Source of the DNA: a virus
Lineage: Duplodnaviria > Caudoviricetes
IMG/VR virus record: IMGVR_UViG_3300017987_005501
Reading direction: 5' to 3' (one strand)
Length of the DNA stretch: 64,000 bases
A program made the position numbers and the translations under genes. Shown piece by piece: positions 55,245 through 63,987 of this stretch (position 1 is its first letter; each line of letters starts with the position of its first letter). Under the pieces are notes generated by a model. That model made no database searches, was not told the origin of the DNA, and was given only the letters and a program-made list of their open reading frames with translations.

Positions 55245-57026
55245 TTAGTGTCCTCTTCTTAAGGGACCTAGGTTTCTTCTCGGAAGACCTCGCTTTGGCC
55301 TCTTTCCGGCACCAGCAATTGTTCCACGAGACATACTGGAACTTCCTGACATTCTAACGTTTGAATTGCCTTTTTCTAAATCTTCATAGGCTAAGGCTAC
55401 CATTCGAGCCAAGGCGTCGCTTAAGTCGTCTTTCCACCCGCCCGAATTAGGCTTATTAACCCTTTCAACATAATCACTTACAACCTTTCTCTGAAGATGC
55501 CGTAATTCTTGAATCATCTCTTCATCGTAGTAAAGTTTGATTTTTTTATCCATTAAAAGTTTTCTAAACATTTTATATTGGTCAGACTTTTTTCTTTCAG
55601 AGACAGCAAATCTTCTTATTGTTTTTAAGCCTCGTCTTGCGAGACCTTGTTCGAAACTAAATCCTTCTTCCTGGTCAAAGATACCCGCTTTAATATAGAA
55701 TCGATTATTTAGATTTTGAATATAATCTAAAAGTTTTTCTGTATCTAAAACTTTAGTGCCACCTTCAAAGTCGGTATTAACGAAATCAATATCATCCTTA
55801 TTTTTGGGGCTAATTACTCGATGAAAATCCAATTCTATTTGATTCTCTTCATTTACGTGTCCAATTGCAATCGCGGTTCCATCTTCTGTAAAAGCTAGGT
55901 CTACCCCCATGTAATGGGGGACCCCAGGTCTTCCCATTTGTTTTTGTCCTTGGTCTGGGTCAATACATTGCATTAAAAATTGGCTATCTCCAATCCAACT
56001 AGTAATTTCGTCAGTGAATTTGGCACCATACTCACAGGCAAAAACGGCTGGGTCTTTTGACTTTTGGAGCTTTTTCATTTCTTCAATTCCTGCATCGGAT
56101 TGAAAAATGCTATTAACTTCCCACGTGGGGGCTTGAATTACTAAGGCAGCAGTTTCATCCACCGTGTTTTCTAAAGCATGAATATATTGTTCCCAAAAAA
56201 CCCCTGATTTCCCCAAAGGGCTACTAATCAAGATTACTTTACCATCAATTTTTCCTTCGGGGTTAATAAAAGTTTTTGTTGAGGGCTCAATTGCTTCAAA
56301 AACATTTCTATCGCTTGCGTCTGATTTTGCTTCCGCAATAAAGTGGGCAATTTCGTCAATAATTGCAACAATATTTGAAGCCCCCCGCAAACCTTTACCC
56401 TGACAACTTTTAACCCTTACGTGAATGGAAGGAACAGTATCGAACTTTTTATCATATTCTGTTTTAAAGGTCTGGAACAGAGATGCGTTATTTGAAACAT
56501 ATTTACCGAAGAAGGGGCAATCATTATAATGTGAGCGCATTTCATCGAAAACTTCTTTTGCTTGCTCTTTCCCCGTAGCAACACAAGTAATACTAATCTT
56601 TGTGTTTTTCTTTACGCCATAAAAGTCGTGCGGATTTTCTAAGTTTAGTAACCGATATGTTTCGTAAGATGCAATGGAAGAAGTAATTAGGGACTTTCCA
56701 CTTCTTCTACCGCAAATTAGAATTAGTTTATTTTTATGTTTTAAAACATCATCATGACTTCTTAAGTTAGTTCTATTCTCTTTTGAAAGATGATGTAGGT
56801 ATTCCATTTCAGTTAAGGTATCAATTAAATTAAATTTATCATCGTAAACCTTAATTGTTCTATTGACAGCATCGAGAGGTAACCCATAAAAGCATTTCAA
56901 AATAAATTTCTGCACTGGGAATAGCTGCCATCCCAAACCCCAAGAGCTTTCAATATAATCAATAATAGGCTTGATCTGCCCTGCTTTGCCTTTTCTAAAT
57001 TGTCTAACTCTGTCTGCTACCCCCAC
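55245..57026 (-). CDS. terL: Terminase large subunit
   Basis: Walker A LICGRRSGKS, Walker B AIIDEIAHF, motif III ILISSPLGKSG, nuclease YMGVDLA and KDDLSDA. Confidence 0.95.
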   Translation of the reverse strand: MGVADRVRQFRKGKAGQIKPIIDYIESSWGLGWQLFPVQKFILKCFYGLPLDAVNRTIKVYDDKFNLIDTLTEMEYLHHLSKENRTNLRSHDDVLKHKNKLILICGRRSGKSLITSSIASYETYRLLNLENPHDFYGVKKNTKISITCVATGKEQAKEVFDEMRSHYNDCPFFGKYVSNNASLFQTFKTEYDKKFDTVPSIHVRVKSCQGKGLRGASNIVAIIDEIAHFIAEAKSDASDRNVFEAIEPSTKTFINPEGKIDGKVILISSPLGKSGVFWEQYIHALENTVDETAALVIQAPTWEVNSIFQSDAGIEEMKKLQKSKDPAVFACEYGAKFTDEITSWIGDSQFLMQCIDPDQGQKQMGRPGVPHYMGVDLAFTEDGTAIAIGHVNEENQIELDFHRVISPKNKDDIDFVNTDFEGGTKVLDTEKLLDYIQNLNNRFYIKAGIFDQEEGFSFEQGLARRGLKTIRRFAVSERKKSDQYKMFRKLLMDKKIKLYYDEEMIQELRHLQRKVVSDYVERVNKPNSGGWKDDLSDALARMVALAYEDLEKGNSNVRMSGSSSMSRGTIAGAGKRPKRGLPRRNLGPLRRGH

Positions 57027-57845
57027 CTATTTTCTCCTTGCTTCTGCTAGAAAATCTACCCGGGCTAAGATCTCATTAAATTTTTCTTTTTCACTCCCTT
57101 CAAGCGATTCAGAAATTTGCTCTAATTCTTTTCTGCTAGTTGCAAAAAATCTCTTAAAGTGGTTTCTAAATAACGAATAATATTTATCGTATTCCAGTAA
57201 CATTAGTAGCATAATGCTAAGGTCGACCTTTGAAATTAATTCTGCCGGGATATCAGAACTTGTAAATTGTTTTAAGAAAGGACTTGCTGCGTATAATAAG
57301 GCATTTCTAAAAACTTTCTCAGATGAACCCCCAGTAATAATTGTTTCGCTTTGGAATTCTTCTAGGATGTCATGGAGTTCGCTTTCGTCTATTTTTTCTC
57401 CTCGCGCTTCTAATTCCTTCTTGGCTTCCTCAAGCTCTTCTTGTTTTTCTAGAGGAAAATCCCTCCATTTTTTTGAGAGATCTTCCTTAAAGTCTTCTTT
57501 AGATAAAAGGTGTTTAAGGATTTCTTTGTTTCTGTGATCGCTTAAAAAACTTAAGATCCCTGATTCCATATCAAATCCAGCAACCCCATCTAAACCTAAT
57601 TCATCTTTAATATAATAGGATAATAATTTATCGAAAAACTCTTTTTGAGGAATAAGGTTATATTCAAATGGGAAAGCCGCCTTAAATAAATCCTGGGCAT
57701 CTATTGCATCGATTATAATATTTAGATAATCCTCTTTGGATAAATCCTCCTTTTTATTAGGTTCTTCTAAAATTATTTGTTCCTGTGGCTCCTCATCTAA
57801 AAGCATCTCAGCAATTTTTCGGAGCTTAAGATATGCATATTTCAT
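57027..57845 (-). CDS. Hypothetical acidic helical protein upstream of TerL
   Basis: 272-aa ORF abutting TerL; LRKIAEML helix. Confidence 0.7.
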   Translation of the reverse strand: MKYAYLKLRKIAEMLLDEEPQEQIILEEPNKKEDLSKEDYLNIIIDAIDAQDLFKAAFPFEYNLIPQKEFFDKLLSYYIKDELGLDGVAGFDMESGILSFLSDHRNKEILKHLLSKEDFKEDLSKKWRDFPLEKQEELEEAKKELEARGEKIDESELHDILEEFQSETIITGGSSEKVFRNALLYAASPFLKQFTSSDIPAELISKVDLSIMLLMLLEYDKYYSLFRNHFKRFFATSRKELEQISESLEGSEKEKFNEILARVDFLAEARRK

Positions 57846-57846
57846 G

Positions 57847-58335
57847 TTACTTTGAACCTTTTGCTCTTAATTCCTTTCTATAGTCTTTCTCTAAAGAATC
57901 AAGGGCGTTTCCAAATTCAGTGAATACAGTTGATTTATGTTCCTCGTCCAGCCTTGCTTGTTCGAGAGCATCTTCTAACCTTACCAGCATAAGATCCAAA
58001 AGAATTTTAAATCCATCGCTTTGAAGATTTATTTCGTTCGAAGACAAAGCTCGGTGGAGACTTAAGGATAAATCGCCCATTTGCTTAACAATATCAGCAA
58101 TTTTTTTGCTTAAAGTAATTTGTTTATCAGCCTCTAAAGATTCTTGTTCTCTTAAAATTTCCAAGTATGCTTTTTCTCTGGAGGCTTGAAAAAGAATTTC
58201 TTTAATTAATTCTTCTTCCGTGTATGCTTTTTTCTTTGCCAGCCGTACAAGGGGGTCCTTATTAATTCTAGACTCAATATCCCGTTTTAAATTAAGATCT
58301 TCTGGAACTTCGTGTGTTCTTCTTTGTTTACCCAT
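57847..58335 (-). CDS. Hypothetical helical protein, candidate terminase small subunit
   Basis: 162 aa, helical, two genes upstream of TerL; function inferred from position and size only. Confidence 0.45.
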   Translation of the reverse strand: MGKQRRTHEVPEDLNLKRDIESRINKDPLVRLAKKKAYTEEELIKEILFQASREKAYLEILREQESLEADKQITLSKKIADIVKQMGDLSLSLHRALSSNEINLQSDGFKILLDLMLVRLEDALEQARLDEEHKSTVFTEFGNALDSLEKDYRKELRAKGSK

Positions 58336-58355
58336 AACACTCTTAACCCCTTCAT

Positions 58356-58388
58356 AAAAACAGACTCTTTGTAGAAGAGCCTATTTTT
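58356..58388 (-). terminator. Intrinsic terminator after the 972-aa gene
   Basis: Minus strand AAAAATAGGCTCTT-CTACA-AAGAGTCTGTTTTT (two G-U pairs). Confidence 0.65.
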
Positions 58389-58404
58389 TCAATTTAAATA
58401 ATTC

Positions 58405-61323
58405 TTAATCCAGGTAATCACTTATATCTAAACCTCCAGAATCGGTATCTACATTAACATCGAAATCTGATTTAACTTCAAATTGATCTATATCAGACTC
58501 TAGCTGCACTGGTGGTTTTTCTTTTTCCTGAACGACTGAAACGTCGTATGTATACTTCTGAATTGTACTTGCAATTATTTTATCCAGCTCAAATTTTGGA
58601 AGTTGTGAAGCATATTTTCTATAAATTAGCTCAATATTAACCCCACTTAAGAGATCAGTTTCGATATTCTTAGCAATTTTGCTAACTGCCAATTTTTCTT
58701 TTCTAATGGGGGCTTCTCCAGTATGCTTTAATCCTCCAACTTTTACTTTTTTCTGCTTCTTATATCTAAAGGCACTTTGAATTACCTTCTTAGGATCATT
58801 TGAAGCTACCTTGTAATTTGCATCAAGTCTATTATTCCCGTTAAGTAAATTAATATAGCTCTTTGCTAATTCCGGGGTATAATTAACTTCTGAAACTAGT
58901 GGTCTTTTAATGAGGCTACAATATTTTCCTGCCTTATTATAAACACAACCAGCGCATTTGGAACTTGCTTGGACGTTACTCACATGGGCTGCTTTTCTAA
59001 TATATTCAGCTTGTTTATGACAATCCCCCCCATTAAAGATTGGGTTAACATAAACGTTTCCAAGGACAACATCTTCAGATGCTAATTTTGAAATTTCTGC
59101 TTTTGCCCAACCTAGAGCTTCTTGATCAAAATTCTGTTTAAGTATCTGAGCTAGCTCTGAACCATATTTTCCGTTATTCATATGGAATAGCATAGAAGTT
59201 TTAACTAGGTCAACTGTTGCCTTTTTATCCCTTATAACTTGTTTTTCTTCCCTTGGCGTTACTTGGACGCCACCAGTTCTTATCTCTTTTTGGGGTTTAG
59301 AAGTATAAGCAAGCCTCAACATTTCGCGGATGTCCTTAATTCTTGCTAATTCAGAGATTTGCTTCGAACCTAACTTTTTATTCTGTTGAAGCCAAAGTAG
59401 GTGTTCTTTTGCTATTTTAACCCAATCAATATCTGCAGAGGCAACTTTAATCGAAGATCCAAAATTTTGAACTTTCCCAAGAATATCTTTTTTATAAGAA
59501 GTGCAACGACCACCCTTATTGAAAGGACACCCGGAACATTTAGAAGCAACTTTTACGAAAGCAAGTTTTGCCTTTTTATTTGCTTCTTTTGCTCCCTCTT
59601 TACAGTCGGTATAGTTATCTGGATCAATATAGACATTACCCAGGAGCCCTAATTCCTCGGAAGCTTCCTGGAGAGCATGCTTTTCCTGAAGAATTTCTTG
59701 TGCTCCAAATTTTTGTTTAATCGTATTATGAATCTGTTCTGCAGATTTTCCCCGATGCATTTCTTTTTTAAAGAAATCTGTAATTGGGGTTGGGAGCTTA
59801 TAAGATTCTGTTTTATGTATTTTTAAAGGTAAAGGTTTATTTTGAACCCCGCCTTCTTTAATTTCCTTCTTTTGATGCAAGAAAGCGTCTTTAATTGTCC
59901 CGAGGCTTGCTTCCTTAGTTAAGAATTGTTTTTTATCGGTGGAGGTTAACCGTTTTGCCTGGTAAAGGTTTTCAATAATAGATGGATACAGTTTAGTAAT
60001 ATCCAAATCCGATAAGTTAGCAGTTATTGTTTTATTGAAAAGAGAACAGGTGTTACAATTTCTATGGACGCAGGTACTGCAATTTGGAGTCGACCCAATA
60101 AATGGAGCGTTGCGAGCGTTTGCAGTTTTAGTTAGCTCCCCTTTTGCCGCTTTACAGTTCCAGTTCCAAGGGGAAGACGTAATATAGAGGTTACCTAATA
60201 ATCCTTGTTCATCCAATAAGGACCCTAAATTCTTTCCAAATTTCTTTAATGTTTTTACCCCAAACTTAGAAGCAATTCTTTTTCCAAGCTCCTTACCCGT
60301 AAAACCTTGTTGGATTTGCTTAGAAGTAAAATCCCAAATAGGTTTTAAGTCCCTCTGATGCTTTAAGGCTTTTTCTAACTCTGCTTTATTTGAAGCTGTC
60401 TTTTTAAGTTCATCTACAGCATTATCTATTTCTTCCTTTGATAGCTCTTTCCATTCAGGGTAACCTTGCACTCCGCCGATTTTTATTTCTTCTGGTGTTT
60501 CGTGTACAAACGCAAGTTGTAGGGCTTTCTCTGGGTTTTCGCTATTTTTAATAGAGTCAACATGAGACGAATCAATTTTCCCAGTAGTTAAAAGTTTCTG
60601 GGTAAACATATTGATTAATGCTGGGTCGTAATTTAAGTTTGAAACAATAGTTTTGTTAAATTTAGCACAACTACCATTCTGGTTGAAAACGCACCCCTGG
60701 CACTCAGGCATTTCTTTAAGATAAGGAGCATCATTCATAACTCCTCTTAATTCCCGAGCCCCTTCCTCACAGCTTTTTGGTGGTTTCGCTACAGAAGAGA
60801 TAAAAATAGATGGATCAATATAAACATTCCCTAAAAGCCCGTATTCCTGCTCAACTAAATAGTTTATTGAAGGTATTGCTTGTTCCAGAGCTTCCATAGG
60901 ATAATGTTGATTAAATTCAGCAAAAATATCATTTAGGTCATTTCCTAATTGCACTTTCCGCCTAAAGGAATAAATAATATGCCCGACTAGCTCCAGCATT
61001 TCTTCGCTGCTAGCTTCCTTGTTTTGAGTAGTTGGCAAACTTCTATGAGAATCTTCATAAAAATTTAAAACTGGTAACCCCTCATAGCGATGAATTGAGG
61101 TAGTATGGTCCCAGAGATCTTCGAGCTGAGGAACACTATTTAAGCTTTTTTGAACATCTGGAAGGGTTTGGTGCTTGTTATAATTTCTGGGATCTACTTC
61201 TAACCAAGAACCATCCCAAACGGCCCGTGCTATTTTGCTTCCATAAAATTCTGTTAAATCGAGAGGTTGATTATCTATTTTTCCCTCGTCGAAAAAATTA
61301 GAAAGGTCGCCTGCGCTTGCCAT
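58405..61323 (-). CDS. 972-aa protein with four Cys4 repeat domains
   Basis: Four copies of LGN[VL]Y...C-x~20-C-x2-C-x7/8-C, each followed by GG[VL][QK]. Confidence 0.8.
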   Translation of the reverse strand: MASAGDLSNFFDEGKIDNQPLDLTEFYGSKIARAVWDGSWLEVDPRNYNKHQTLPDVQKSLNSVPQLEDLWDHTTSIHRYEGLPVLNFYEDSHRSLPTTQNKEASSEEMLELVGHIIYSFRRKVQLGNDLNDIFAEFNQHYPMEALEQAIPSINYLVEQEYGLLGNVYIDPSIFISSVAKPPKSCEEGARELRGVMNDAPYLKEMPECQGCVFNQNGSCAKFNKTIVSNLNYDPALINMFTQKLLTTGKIDSSHVDSIKNSENPEKALQLAFVHETPEEIKIGGVQGYPEWKELSKEEIDNAVDELKKTASNKAELEKALKHQRDLKPIWDFTSKQIQQGFTGKELGKRIASKFGVKTLKKFGKNLGSLLDEQGLLGNLYITSSPWNWNCKAAKGELTKTANARNAPFIGSTPNCSTCVHRNCNTCSLFNKTITANLSDLDITKLYPSIIENLYQAKRLTSTDKKQFLTKEASLGTIKDAFLHQKKEIKEGGVQNKPLPLKIHKTESYKLPTPITDFFKKEMHRGKSAEQIHNTIKQKFGAQEILQEKHALQEASEELGLLGNVYIDPDNYTDCKEGAKEANKKAKLAFVKVASKCSGCPFNKGGRCTSYKKDILGKVQNFGSSIKVASADIDWVKIAKEHLLWLQQNKKLGSKQISELARIKDIREMLRLAYTSKPQKEIRTGGVQVTPREEKQVIRDKKATVDLVKTSMLFHMNNGKYGSELAQILKQNFDQEALGWAKAEISKLASEDVVLGNVYVNPIFNGGDCHKQAEYIRKAAHVSNVQASSKCAGCVYNKAGKYCSLIKRPLVSEVNYTPELAKSYINLLNGNNRLDANYKVASNDPKKVIQSAFRYKKQKKVKVGGLKHTGEAPIRKEKLAVSKIAKNIETDLLSGVNIELIYRKYASQLPKFELDKIIASTIQKYTYDVSVVQEKEKPPVQLESDIDQFEVKSDFDVNVDTDSGGLDISDYLD

Positions 61324-61335
61324 CTAAAATTACTC

Positions 61336-62094
61336 CTATGTCTTTTGATTCCAATATCTTTTAGTTGCTTCTTTTAATTTTGCGAATTCTTTTTTCTTGT
61401 CTTCTTTTGAAGCAGTTCTTGTTAGATTTCCAAGATTCCCAGTTTCGTCGTAAATTTTCTTAATTTCCTTCACCTCATTTAAGCCTAGGTCTTTACCTAA
61501 AATATACTTACATATCTTAACTATACGCTTCTCTGTAGATGTGAAGTTTTTAAGAGAGGCTACCTTTGGGGTTGGAAATTCGAAGGTAACAATTTCCTCA
61601 TCTTCTTCTGATTCCTCAAAAGGAAGAAGGTCTTCAAGGTCTTCCATATCCTCGTCGCCAACTATTTCATCAGCGGATTCAATAATCTCTTCTTTTTCCT
61701 CGATGACTTCTTCGATGTCATCTTGTTCCTCGTCTGGAACTTTATCAATCCAGAGAGGATTTTTTAACTCGTCAGCAATTGTATCACTTAAATCGCTTAG
61801 GATTTTCAAACTCGAGTTAAAACTTTCTTTCATTTCCTTAATATCCTGAACATACCCATTTCCGCCCAGTTTACCATCAGGAGAAATTGCGGAAGATTTA
61901 ACCCCGAAAAACATGCGATGGGCAGCAACTAAAGCTTCCAAGGAGCTATTTAACTCCTCCAAAATATCCTTTAATTTAGACAGCTCTGTAATATCATAAT
62001 CGAAACCTGGAATACTTTGGCGGGGGGAATCAGATCCCGTGGCTGCTGTTTTTTTTAGAAAAGCCTGTACTACTTTTGAAGCTTTATTTGTCAT
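61336..62094 (-). CDS. Hypothetical acidic protein
   Basis: 252 aa; KKTAAT, PKVASL, TRTASK motifs. Confidence 0.7.
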   Translation of the reverse strand: MTNKASKVVQAFLKKTAATGSDSPRQSIPGFDYDITELSKLKDILEELNSSLEALVAAHRMFFGVKSSAISPDGKLGGNGYVQDIKEMKESFNSSLKILSDLSDTIADELKNPLWIDKVPDEEQDDIEEVIEEKEEIIESADEIVGDEDMEDLEDLLPFEESEEDEEIVTFEFPTPKVASLKNFTSTEKRIVKICKYILGKDLGLNEVKEIKKIYDETGNLGNLTRTASKEDKKKEFAKLKEATKRYWNQKT

Positions 62095-62107
62095 TTCAAA
62101 GTATCTC

Positions 62108-62503
62108 CTAAACAGTATCTGCTAGTGGGTCAGGACCATCAAAAAGTTCTTCAATATAATATTCACCCTTTGTATCTTTTTTTAGCTCCCAAAGATCCTT
62201 AGTCGATTTATGAATTAGCTTTTGAGAGTTTCCAATTCGAACGAATCCATTCCTTTTAAGGTCTGAGGCACTTTTTACCCTATACCTTTTAGGAGGTTTA
62301 GTTAAGTGTAAAAAAGGGCTAATCTCGTCAGATTGAAACTCGGGAGAAAAATCTTTTGCCTGTTTTTGGCTTGTTAACGATTGATTAAAGGACTCTCCAT
62401 CCTCACACTCAAATAAAACTTCTTCGAAGACATTCATACTATTCGAAATATGAATATTATTTAAGTCCCACTCGTTTGATGAATTTTGTTTTTTGTCACC
62501 CAT
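62108..62503 (-). CDS. Hypothetical protein
   Basis: 131 aa; first gene after two motif copies; VKSASDL. Confidence 0.7.
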   Translation of the reverse strand: MGDKKQNSSNEWDLNNIHISNSMNVFEEVLFECEDGESFNQSLTSQKQAKDFSPEFQSDEISPFLHLTKPPKRYRVKSASDLKRNGFVRIGNSQKLIHKSTKDLWELKKDTKGEYYIEELFDGPDPLADTV

Positions 62504-62563
62504 ATTTCCACCTATCTCTAAAGATGATAACAGACTTAACGTATTTGTACAAATACTATATAT

Positions 62564-62576
62564 AAATGAATTATTA
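62564..62576 (-). promoter_or_regulatory. Conserved intergenic motif copy (TAATAATTCATTT)
   Basis: Plus strand aaatgaattatta, 61 nt above the ATG at 62503. Confidence 0.55.
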
Positions 62577-62614
62577 CTAAAAGTAACAATAGGTATTCCT
62601 TATTATGGAAGGAT

Positions 62615-62627
62615 CAATGGATTATTA
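62615..62627 (-). promoter_or_regulatory. Conserved intergenic motif copy (TAATAATCCATTG)
   Basis: Plus strand caatggattatta, just after the queD terminator. Confidence 0.65.
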
Positions 62628-62642
62628 AGGCTTAAGAAATTT

Positions 62643-62674
62643 AAAAAAGAAAAGAGATAGCGTTTGCTACCTCT
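62643..62674 (-). terminator. Intrinsic terminator after the QueD-like gene
   Basis: Minus strand AGAGGTAGC-AAAC-GCTATCTCT followed by TTTCTTTTTT. Confidence 0.8.
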
Positions 62675-62692
62675 ATAATCTTCTTTTTTAAT

Positions 62693-63676
62693 TTAATCTT
62701 CCAAAGTAATCTCGGGTCCTCCTTTTGGCGACCCTCTTTTCTCTGCGTAGCCTTCTTTTACAAAGCTTTTAAGAGTATAACTATCGTCCTTAATCTGAGA
62801 GATAGGCCTAGAGATTGAGGTAGTTGCACCTTTTTGAATTCCTTCGTAAGCATTTACCTGGACAGATCTGAAATCCCTTAAATTGCCGAATTTAACTTTG
62901 ACTTGGTTACAGACAAAGCGCGAAATATTTTCAACTGTTGTTTCGTATGGGAAAATTTCTACCATATGAAATGGCAAGTCAGCAAAAAAGTAACCCTGCC
63001 CCGATTGGTATTCAACTTGAATTCTAGATACCCCTTCGTTGGCGTAAACTTTTTTTACATTTTCCTTAAAAATAAGATGCTTGTTTTGAAGCCTTTCTGC
63101 CATTAATTTTTCGAAGTGGTTATCTCGAACACCATCAACCATTATATCAATTGTATTTCGATGGCCATGGAATAGCCGTTGACAATTTCCATAATGCTCT
63201 TTTAGTCCATGTGTATAGTGGTAAATAGCTTTCCCGGGAGGGAGTTCTTCCCCCACGAGAGAAACTTCTACCCCATTAATATTTTCAGGCATTCCTTTCA
63301 TAATTTCCTGGGCTAAATAGGCTTCAATAGCACCAATGGTAACCGCAGGGGTATTTAAAGCAACAATTGCTTGTGCAGGGGCTTTATAGCACAACCATTC
63401 TCCATCGCTATAATCCCATTTGATTTGAATATCCCCATCATTTAGCCACTCTACACAGGAAGAAGGGACAATAACTCTATGGTCTGCGATTTCATCTATA
63501 ATTTTTTTTGCTGCGTTTTTGGCAAGACTAAAATCGAAAACAACCCCTTCTTCATTTAGTTGACCAATAAAGCGGACAGCAGCATATCTTGCATCCCCAA
63601 TTAATCCTTGCATTCTGTCTAGATAGGCATAATCAAAAACAGAAAGCTGGTTAACAAACATTGAGATTTGACTCAT
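62693..63676 (-). CDS. queD: Two-domain 6-pyruvoyl-tetrahydropterin/6-carboxytetrahydropterin synthase (QueD-like, T-fold)
   Basis: MFVNQLSVFDYAYL, GVVFDFSLAK...DHRV, HYTHGLKEHYGNCQRLFHGH, ETTVENIS, VNAYEGIQKG. Confidence 0.8.
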   Translation of the reverse strand: MSQISMFVNQLSVFDYAYLDRMQGLIGDARYAAVRFIGQLNEEGVVFDFSLAKNAAKKIIDEIADHRVIVPSSCVEWLNDGDIQIKWDYSDGEWLCYKAPAQAIVALNTPAVTIGAIEAYLAQEIMKGMPENINGVEVSLVGEELPPGKAIYHYTHGLKEHYGNCQRLFHGHRNTIDIMVDGVRDNHFEKLMAERLQNKHLIFKENVKKVYANEGVSRIQVEYQSGQGYFFADLPFHMVEIFPYETTVENISRFVCNQVKVKFGNLRDFRSVQVNAYEGIQKGATTSISRPISQIKDDSYTLKSFVKEGYAEKRGSPKGGPEITLED

Positions 63677-63678
63677 TT

Positions 63679-63987
63679 TTATTCCTCTTTACTTTCCTTG
63701 GTATCTTGAACAAGGTTTTGCTTAAATAAATTAGAAACCTTAAATCGAACAGCCTTTCTTTTGGGAATCACAACGTCTTTTCCTTCAGTAAAAAGGGAAT
63801 TAGTAACTTTTTTAGCCCTTTCCACGACCTGGAAAGTACCAAACCCTGGGATATTAAAGTTATTTCCAGAGGTAACTTCATCCTTAATGATGCCGACATA
63901 AGAATCTATAATCTGCTTAACAACTTTTTTATCTCCCTTAATTCCCAACCTTTTACAAATTTCATTTAATACTTCTACTTTTCTCAT
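63679..63987 (-). CDS. hup: HU/IHF-family DNA-binding protein
   Basis: IPGFGTFQVVERAKK...VVIPKRKAVRFKVS; GAGG RBS upstream. Confidence 0.9.
   Translation of the reverse strand: MRKVEVLNEICKRLGIKGDKKVVKQIIDSYVGIIKDEVTSGNNFNIPGFGTFQVVERAKKVTNSLFTEGKDVVIPKRKAVRFKVSNLFKQNLVQDTKESKEE

Noticed and set aside
52533-57026. Intein or intron in TerL or portal
   Set aside because: TerL motifs are contiguous at normal length; the portal insertion is acidic low-complexity with no C/S...HN intein ends or homing-endonuclease motifs.
1601-63106. Short plus-strand and alternate-frame ORFs in the track (e.g. 30326..30754, 36169..36693, 52520..52762)
   Set aside because: They overlap longer, motif-supported minus-strand genes and have no recognisable motifs; treated as shadow ORFs.
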